This document shows positions 55,087 to 64,000 of a stretch of DNA of 64,000 nt, one piece after another. Source of the DNA: Octopus vulgaris (taxonomy: Eukaryota). The DNA is taken from contig OX597815.1 in assembly GCA_951406725.2 (NCBI GenBank), forward strand, positions 144,212,001 through 144,276,000, given 5' to 3'. Each line of letters starts with the position of its first letter. The first letter of the stretch is position 1. A model generated the notes under the pieces. That model was not told the origin of the DNA. It saw nothing but the letters and a program-made list of their open reading frames with translations, and did no database searches. A program made the position numbers and the translations under genes.

Positions 55087-56333
55087 GAGAGACAGGGAGG
55101 AGAGTGAATGAGAGGAAGGAGATGAGATTGAGGTCAAAAGGACTGCTTTTGTAATGTGAACGTCACGTAAGCTACATGTGAACATGAAGTTATATCCACC
55201 ATGGAGTTTCGTTAATGAGGAGGCAGCGAAGAAGAAAAGCCAGCTCATCCAGGAAACTCTTCTGGAGCATCAACTAACTACACGACTTAGCACTAATCGT
55301 CGTCGTCACCATCACCGCCGACCCATCGTCGTCACCGCCGCCGCCACCGTTGTCTTCGTCGTTGGCGTTTCCTGGTTGTCGAGAATGTTTTCAAGGTTTC
55401 TGAAACCCTTGAGTCACTCGCTAATAAGTTTGTTTAGCGTGAGAAAAGAGTTGCGTGTTCGATTCCTACCGTGCTTAGTCTTCAAAACACCTACATCCAT
55501 AGAACTGCTATGCAAGACGATGGAAGGCCATCCCGATTCTATAGCGATGTCAGTATTGATATATCTCAAAACACATTTTATTGATCAGCTGTCAAACTTG
55601 GACATCACAACATCCTTCATATATATATATATATATATATAAGAAATATTGAATTTCTAAATCTCTCGTAGAGACCTCATTCTCTATATATATATATATT
55701 CATATATACATACACACACACACACACACAGCATATACATGTATATAATTGTATGGATATGGAGCAGTTTGGATTTAAATTGCACGACAATTAGCCAATA
55801 AATAAAACTCCATTTCCTTTATAAGCAAAGGAAAACTGTGAGAGGGGTTCGTATTATAATCCGAAATTCATTTTGTTGGACTCTACAACTGGTTGGGTCA
55901 CAGAACACACACACACACACACGTGTGTGTGTGTGTATGTATCTGTATGTATGTATGTATATGTTCCTGCCGTAAGGCTTCACTTCCACACACACCAGCT
56001 TAATTTATTTCGTTCTTAGTCGAAAGACACCTGTTATAATGTCCTGTTGTTTGTATTTGTAATTGTGTACCATTTCTCCGGGGTTTTTTTTCGTATACAT
56101 TCGCTTGCTTTCTTCCAAAAAATCTAATGCTCTTAGCTTAGATTTTCTTGATGCCGACCAGATTAGAGCGGTCTCGAGAGTAACCGGCCGAAACTGCAAA
56201 GACGATCTGGTACTCGACTGAAGACTGAAAGCTCCAAATGACCCGGCCTTGTTTTTTCCTGTCCTTTTTTGTACCGTTTAACTGTCCAAATGTTTTGTTG
56301 TTGCCTGTTACGTTCTTGTTTCATTTTTTGTTT

Positions 56334-56388
<55 letters not shown>

Positions 56389-56557
56389 AATATGTCCAAT
56401 TTTTCGGCATATTTGGCATTAGAAATTTTTTCCTTTGTCCTCATTTATGAATTGTTTATAAATTTAACCGTTAAAGGTATTTTTTAATATGCTGGCCATT
56501 GATAAAAATTTTTTCGAGAAAATATTTTTTTTTCGAAAAGAATTTTATCGTCACATT

Positions 56558-56610
<53 letters not shown>

Positions 56611-57544
56611 TAATTGTGTGATGGTGAACCGCATTATTTCCTCGTATTTATTGGCGAGTCTGAAATAGTTCTTTCTACTATGGGCACAAGGCCTGAACTT
56701 TTGATGTGAGGTGACTAGTCGATTAAAATAAGTACCAGTGCTTGCTTGGTACTTATTTTATTGTCTCCGAATGGATGAAAGGCAAAATCAGCCCCAGCGG
56801 AATTTGAACTCAGAACTTAAAGACGAACGGAATCCCACTAAATATTTTGTCCGGCGTGCTAAGGATTCTGCCAGCTCGATGCCACGTTTGGTGAGTCTGA
56901 AATAATGAAATAGAAAAAGTTGCTAGGCTTTCTTTGAAGTGTTGAGTGCTTCGTAATTGATCGTGTAGCGGGTAAAGTAGTTGGTCAGGGGAATGGTCAC
57001 GTGATAGGTAACATTGTCGACAAGGTTCCTTCATATTTACTGATAATGGCAAACAGTCTTGCTGGTGGTGCTGTCATGACGTTCTCCCAAGGGGCTAAAC
57101 ACAGAGGGGACAAACAAGGACAGACATAGGTATTAAGTCGATTACATCGACCCCAGTGCGTAACTGGTACTTAATTTATCGACTCCGAAAGGATGAAAGG
57201 TAAAGTCGACCTTGGCGGAATTTGAACTCAGAACGTAATGACAGACGAAATACCGTTAAGCATTTCGCCCGGCGTGCTAACGTTTCTGCCAGCTCGCCGC
57301 CACAAACAGCTCTGTTTAACAGTTACCAGTTAATCACACGGTTAGCAGTGTTATCGATATCATCCGTTCCTTTTTTTACAAGAATTAGCAAGGTGGAATT
57401 CTGTTTTTGGAGTTAATCCTGTAATTATTAATGATTTCTGTTTTTTTTTTTTGACGAGCAACAACAGGCGGTTCTATTATAAGGTTTGTGACAAATGAAC
57501 ATCTTAAGCAACACTTAACATACAAAAATCTCTCTATTCAGTCA

Positions 57545-58720
57545 GCCTTCCCCTTAACAAATCATGTCATGTGCGTCCATTGCTTACATTGATTATACCG
57601 CACAGGATTCCTACCTGCTCCTTCTATGCGTATTGAGGAAGGCCACTTCCCCAATTGCATTATGGTCATGGTCTTTGTTCCTGTTAAAAGTTTTGTATTT
57701 GCTAGGTTTACTTTGAGGCCTCTCGAGTCTTGCTCATAGATTTTCATCGTTTTTTTTTTCTATACATTAACACTTTGTTTTCCTTCCACGCTTACAATTT
57801 CCTTCCTAAATCTTCGACAAATTCAGCTCCGTATGAGAACTAAAATCGGTACACAGAAGTGTAGACGAACAGCTATTTTTAAACTCTTCTTTTAGCGCCT
57901 GGAGAACTATAATAAACAGAAGGGGACGCGAGACAATGCCTGGTGAATACGTAACTGCACGCTAAGTTCGTCACTGAACTCGTTAAAAAGTTTCACTTTT
58001 CTGGCGGCACCTCTGTACAAGGCTTGCATTGTTCTTACACACCATTCATCTACACTTAGTTTTATAGACGGCCATCAGACTATACAGCAAAGCAATCTGT
58101 CAAAGCTTTCTTTGAGTCAGTCGCTGCCTTACTATGAAAAGGAAGGACATCGGCGATACACCGTTTTGGTACAACCTAAAACTGCAACTCATCAAAGTTT
58201 CTTCTCTTTCTAATTAGTTGTGCTGTATTTGCATGGATTCTGACAAATGAACATCTTAAGCAATAGTATGGCAGCTATTCCATAACAAGTTCGCTGTCAT
58301 TTGTCATCAACGAGATTTACCTCACAGAAATGGTTGTTTTGTTTATCCATTAGTTCTGATAACGGTGCATATGCAGATATGATAGTCCCATTGTCTACAT
58401 TATTTAACGCTAATCAAAGCTTAATTATTGTCACATACTCAAAATAATTCTCTTACATTATTTATTCGCTATCAGCAATGTCTACACTTTGTGCTGATAG
58501 CCCTTCCCCAAAGAATTTGTTCCTGTGTTCTAAAGATTCATCATACCTTTTATACACAGAACACCTCTACTTGCCTCCACAAGTAGTAGATGTGTTGTGC
58601 CAAATCTACTTGCAAAACACTTCTACTTGCCTCCACTCTAATATCTCTATGATCTTTCCAGACCAACATTTCATCTTGCCACTATTAATGGCGTCAACCC
58701 TGAAGTTTTATACAGGAGAG
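57545..58720 (-). mobile_element. Decayed RTE-clade LINE (AP endonuclease, RT and Cys-rich remnants)
   Basis: ISAYAP, KAFDR, LFIIVLQA and GLKVNLANTK..GKWPSSI..GAGRN..QCKQWTH. Confidence 0.75.
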
Positions 58721-59550
58721 GAAGTTGTAAGTTTCTAGTAGTGAGAAGGTTGTTTGATATGCATTTCCTGCATCCAAGATCGATGGATGCACACTAAAGG
58801 CCAAGTGTTCCTAAATTATCACGTTCCTACGACCATGCACAGTACTAACACCTTTTTTTTTTTATATATGCTGTATTAAAAACACAACTTTCCAAGTTTT
58901 ATCTTTCTATCAAGATTTTGTTATAACATTATTGAGGTATGCTTGATAAGGTTCTTTTGTTTGTCTTTTTAGCGAGGGTGAAGTTTCCTTCTCTCTGCTG
59001 CTTGTATTCAGGCCTATGTACTGCGATATACATGATATTACACTTCTGTCTCTTGATGTCTGCAAGTAAGGCAGAATTGATGGTCTTTGCCTCTTGTTTC
59101 CTCTGTTTTATAATTTTATGAACTTAGGAAGAACTTTTGTTACAGTTACTACTCCTTTAAAATCAATCCTGAGTATGGCTTTGCTAACTTTTTAACTAAC
59201 TGACCAAATGATATTTAAAGAGCTAAAGTAGTATTTGAATGGAATGACAGTGAAGATGATCAATGAAAATTCAACATCATCATCCTTTTAACGTCCATTT
59301 TTCCATGCTCGCAAGGTAATATTTCCCCATTACCATACATGTTCGCGCTTGTATAACAGTGACAATCATTTTACAACTACCATGCAATATCAAGAGACAA
59401 GGAGAAACCAACATAGAACACACACACAAACCAGTAAGCACATTAATGAAACACAAGATGGAAAAGTAGTACTCAAATACGAAAATTAGAGTAATACGCG
59501 TTTTAACAAAATCAAAAAAGATTTTTTCGATTTTAATTATATATATACAC

Positions 59551-59587
<37 letters not shown>

Positions 59588-59599
59588 CACACTACACTC

Positions 59600-59763
59600 A
59601 TGGAGTGGTTGGCGTTAGGAAGGGCATCCAGCTGTAGAAACATTGCCAGATAAGACTGGAGCCTGGTGCAGCCTTCTGGCTTCCCAGATCCCCGGTCGAA
59701 CCGTCCAACCCATGCTAGCATGGAGAACGGACGTTAAACGATGATGATGATGATGATGATGAT
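59600..59763 (+). mobile_element. RTE-related short element or 3' end with (ATG)n tail
   Basis: GGTTGGCGTTAGGAAGGGCATCCAGC..CCCATGCTAGCATGGAGAACGGACGTTAAACG(ATG)n; an older copy lies at about 60505-60705. Confidence 0.65.
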
Positions 59764-61385
59764 ACACACACACACACATATATACATACACACACACACT
59801 TCTTCCAGTTTCAGAAAGATTTTCAGCTTTAATAAAAAGTATATATAATACATGTGTGTGTGTGTGCGTGTAAATTAATAACAGCAGCTAGACACAATAT
59901 AAAAATCATAGAGGAAAATTTTAATCTTCTTTTATTGTGGCTGAGAACACCTACATTGCAATAAAGAAGTGTTGAAACTCTTAAAACTGTGTGAAGGGCA
60001 CATTTGTATATACTGGGTGATAACCACCCCATGAGCAAAGCTAGAAACATTGGGCCAGTTTCATTCTTTACTTTGGGACACATCAGCAGTGTCACCCCAT
60101 TACTTCCATGTCAGTATATACAAATGTGCTTTAAAAGTTTTAACTCATTTCTTGCAATATAGGTGCTCTCAGTACCCTTAGGCACAATTAGTGACGAATA
60201 TATATATATATATATATAACAGGTTTCTTTCAGTTGCCCAAGATACCACACAGTGGGACTGAACCTGGAACCATGTAGTTGAGAAGCAAACTTCTTTCCA
60301 CACAGCCATGTCTGAGAAATGTTTAGTACATGATATTTGATAATGATATATACACTTTGAGTGTTCATTTTGAATTCCTGATTGAGCTATGCACAAACAA
60401 GTATACATTCACAGATATGTATCGAGGCATTAACTGTAAAAATATTCACAAAGCACCTCTGCTGGTTCCACATATAAAATATTTGTACCAGTGTTATGTA
60501 AAAAGGCACTGAGTACACTCTGTAAAGTGGTTGGCATTAGGAAGGGCATCCAGCTGTAGAAACCATGCCAAAACAGACAACTGGAGCCTGGGCAGATCTC
60601 TCGCTGGCCAGATTGCTGTCAAATCATCCAATCCATGCAAGCATGGAAAATGGACGTTATGATGATGATAATGGTGATGGTGGTGATGATGATGATGATG
60701 ATGATATGATGGCCAGTAAAATAAATTCTATGGAAATAAAACAATGAAACCAACCAATAAAAAGAATACAGATGTTTATTGTTCTTGTTGTTCTTTTTTT
60801 TTAATGATTCTGATGAAAAGATCAATGAAGAAAAGAGGAGTGGGGAGATGTGCATTTTATCATATCACCAGAGGAAAAAGGAGTCTGTCGCTTGATATGA
60901 TAAATGAAGAGGGTTCTAGTGATGGTGGGCTCTTCTATAACAATAATAATTGTTTCTAGTTCAGGCACAAGGCCAACAATTTGGGGTCAGAGGCATACAG
61001 TTGATTAAATCAGTCCCAATATTTTGAGTGGTATTAGTTTAATTTATTGACCCCAGAAGGATGAAAGGCAGAGGTGATCTCAGCCAAATTCAAACTCAGG
61101 AATGTAGAGAGCCATAAATACCACAAGGTAGATTTTTTTTTTCCAGCACTCTTCCAATTCTGCTGTCAACTATTATTTTGTCCAGCACTTTCCAAACTCA
61201 TAATAATAATGACTGTCTCTAATATTGGAACATGGAGGAGGGAGCTAGCTGATTGAATCAACTCAGTACTTGACTGGACCATTATCTTATTAACCCCTAA
61301 AGGATGAAAGGCAAAAACTGACCTTACACAAGATTTGTGCTCACAAAGTAAACAGCCAGAAGAAATATCTCAAGGTATTTTGTCC

Positions 61386-61418
<33 letters not shown>

Positions 61419-61576
61419 CCTTTCTACTATAGGCATAAGGCCTGAAATTTTGGGGGAGTGCAACCTCGGCAGAATTTGAACTCAGAAAGTAGCAGCTGAT
61501 GAAAAACAGCTAAGCATTTCACCTGGCATGCTAACGATTCTGCCAGCTCGCCACCTTAATAATAACAATAATAATG

Positions 61577-61644
<68 letters not shown>

Positions 61645-61645
<1 letters not shown>

Positions 61646-61802
61646 GAAAATTGCACTACTAGGCATTGCACACATCCTACGCAGAACACTTTTCATACAA
61701 TAACCATCAGAGCATCACAACAAATCACAGCACATACCCAAGGCACACAGAGCTGCGCTCGGTAGTGAAGTGAAAGCACGCTATAAAAAATAAAACTACT
61801 GA
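61645..61802 (+). mobile_element. R4/Dong-like 3' tip in (AAT)n
   Basis: KIALLGIAHILRRT then a short UTR, bounded by (AAT)n on both sides. Confidence 0.65.
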
Positions 61803-61824
61803 ATAATAATAATAATAATAATAA

Positions 61825-62333
61825 ATGCCCTAATGCAGTCCCAGGCAGTAGCTCTCATGGTTTCTGATCCTAACTTTTTGGAAGTGTTATCATGTATATG
61901 TTTTGTCTAATATAGACTTACTTATCAATTGTTTGACCTTCACTAGTCGAGCATGTCCCTTAGTGGCTGATGATATGTGCATATTAGATCATGAGCAGGA
62001 GTAGTGGGGTAGCATCATAGCCACATGTTGAGAGGAATTCTTTTGGAGTTTGAATAATTCATCTCTGGAAACATGGGTGTTTCGTTCAACATCCTTAAAC
62101 AATCCTTATTCAGGGAGCTTTTGAGTGGGATGGGCCACTTGACCTGAGGGAAATTCTAACTGGGCCCCACCTGCAAGGTCATGATCTGTTTATCTTGATA
62201 TGAGATCACCATGTTGCATGTATTTGATTGTGATGCATGTACCTGGTGTACCCTTATGTGACGGATAGTCATGATGGCCATATTGGGCTTTGTATATTTA
62301 AGTCATTTTGATGGCATGCACTTCTCTCACTCA
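61825..62333 (+). mobile_element. 550-bp (TAA)n-associated repeat, copy 4 (CpG-decayed)
   Basis: Reverse complement of copies 1-3. Confidence 0.8.
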
Positions 62334-63514
62334 ATAATAATAATGGTTTAAAATTTTGGCACAAGGCCAGAAAGTTTGGGGGAGTGAATAAGTCGATTAC
62401 ATCGACACCAGTGCTCAACTGGTACTTATTTTAGTAACACCAAAACTGAATTTCAACTCAGAACGCAAAGACATATGAAATGCCACTAAGCATTTTGCCC
62501 CATGTGATAATGACTCAGCCAGCTTACCACCTTAATAATGATAATAATAACTCTTTTTACTTTAGGCACAAGGTCTGAAATTTTGGGCAGGGTAGTACTC
62601 AAGTGCTTAACAAGGTATTTAATTAATCAACCCCAAAATGATGAAAGGCAAATTCAACCGTTGCAGAATTTGAACTCAGAACATAAAGACAAAATGCCAC
62701 TAAGCATTCTGTCCAACATGTTACCAATTCTGCCACCTCACCAATAATAATAATAATAATAATAATAATAGTTTCTAATTTAGGCATAAAGCCAGCAAAT
62801 TTTGAGGGGAAGGGCATTAATCGGTTACATGAACCTCAGTACTTAACTGGTATTTTATTTCATAGACCTAAGAAAGATGAAAGACAAAGTTGACCTCAGA
62901 ACATAAAGAATCAGAAATGTAATAATAATGATCACCGATGTAAATGAAGTGAAGTAATTTCTGTTGAGAATTGAAACTGTGACACCAAATTTGGCTCTCT
63001 GAGAACTTAGCACTCACTACAGCATCTGCATAATGACAATGATAAGGATCGTGATCATGATATTGATAATGGTGGTGGAAGTGCTGTTGGTAATGGTAGG
63101 TCATCTGAACAGGTGAAGAGCCAATTTTACAATGGGAACAAGTACAGGGAATTAAATCCGCCTTAACAATGACTGTGGTATGTATTTTGTGAATCTAGAG
63201 GGATGAAAACATGAAGGTGATGCTGCCAGGATTTGCTCTCAAGAATCAGAGACCATTAACTGGATACTGTAGAACATCTTGTCTAATGCTATGTCATCGA
63301 CGACCATTTGCTTGCTACTCGGCTACAGACTTACTAAGGCTAAGCTAGGCTAGACCTTGAGGCCAATTTTGAAACATCTCACCCAGTCGGTCTGCACATC
63401 TCGCTGTTACACCCTACCCTCTCCCACTCCACCCACCCCCATCAACACAACCAACATAACCATCCCGTAGCCCCTAGAGCCCAACAAACACCCACTCGTC
63501 CATTGCTGTGGTTC

Positions 63515-63696
63515 TCATTCATAAAGATGTTGATAAAGCTCTTGTCCAAGTCGGATATAATTCTCTTTCTCTTCAGCTGTCATCTGGGTCACCATGTTGT
63601 CGGTAACTTCATGTAGAGGAACACGTATGTCTCCGATGCAAACCATGGGCACCTCCTCTTCTTCCTCCTCCTCTCCACTGTCCATCTCCTCTACAC
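63515..63696 (-). CDS. GTF2E1: Terminal coding exon of general transcription factor IIE subunit alpha; the gene continues beyond the window end
   Basis: Acidic run then VPMVCIGDIRVPLHEVTDNMVTQMTAEEKENYIRLGQELYQHLYE*, matching the recalled TFIIE-alpha C-terminus pattern (V.QMT.EEKE.YI..GQ....L.E). Preceded by the acceptor TTTTTTTTGTCTTATATTGTAG. Confidence 0.9.
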
Positions 63697-64000
63697 CTAC
63701 AATATAAGACAAAAAAAATTACTCAATAAAAACATTTCAGATTCAATACCAAAAATAACAAAGAAAATTTTTTTATTCATACACAGGCACAGGCATGACT
63801 GTGTGGTAAGAAGCTTGCTTATCAACCACATAGTTCCAGGTTCAGTCCCACTGCGTGGCACCTTGGGCAAGTGTCTTCTACTATAACCTTGGACCAACTA
63901 AAGCCTTGAGTGAATTTGGTAGATGGAAACTAAAAGAAGCCTTTCTTATATATATCTATGTGTGTGTCTTTGTGTCTGTGTTTGCACCACCCCCACTGCT

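Noticed and set aside
55178-55642. 154-aa ORF in fairly unique sequence
   Set aside because: No recognisable domain; it includes triplet-repeat sequence and runs into (TA)n.
56140-56205. GCCG..CGGCC-GAAAC hammerhead-like segment in a (TA)n-flanked repeat
   Set aside because: No CUGANGA core and no convincing stems I or III; it needs a family consensus.
58918-59110. Short minus-strand open frame downstream of GTF2E1
   Set aside because: No recognisable homology or clear splice signals.

Overview
Repeat-dominated, AT-rich eukaryotic DNA. The SINE families, microsatellite load and R4/RTE/Penelope content suggest an octopus-like cephalopod genome; this is an inference from recall. Only two host genes are supportable: an intact tRNA-Asn(GTT) gene (14837-14910, -) and the last coding exon of TFIIE-alpha/GTF2E1 (63515-63696, -). 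The rest is microsatellite, tRNA-derived SINEs, LINE fragments (L1/Tx1, R4/Dong, RTE, CR1/L2-like), DNA transposon remnants (maT, mariner, hAT, piggyBac-like, a MITE) and Penelope-like (GIY-YIG) remnants. Almost all ORFs in the track are microsatellite or repeat artefacts. The main unexplained signal is a dense set of type I hammerhead-ribozyme motifs: about 4 essentially complete and about 10 partial or decayed, in several unrelated small elements. These include a tRNA-promoter-headed element flanked by inverted hammerhead-bearing arms, a 536-bp partial-tandem unit, fold-back junctions that break inside the ribozyme, and one ribozyme element nested in another. All folds and alignments were done by eye, and repeat boundaries are approximate unless motifs are quoted.
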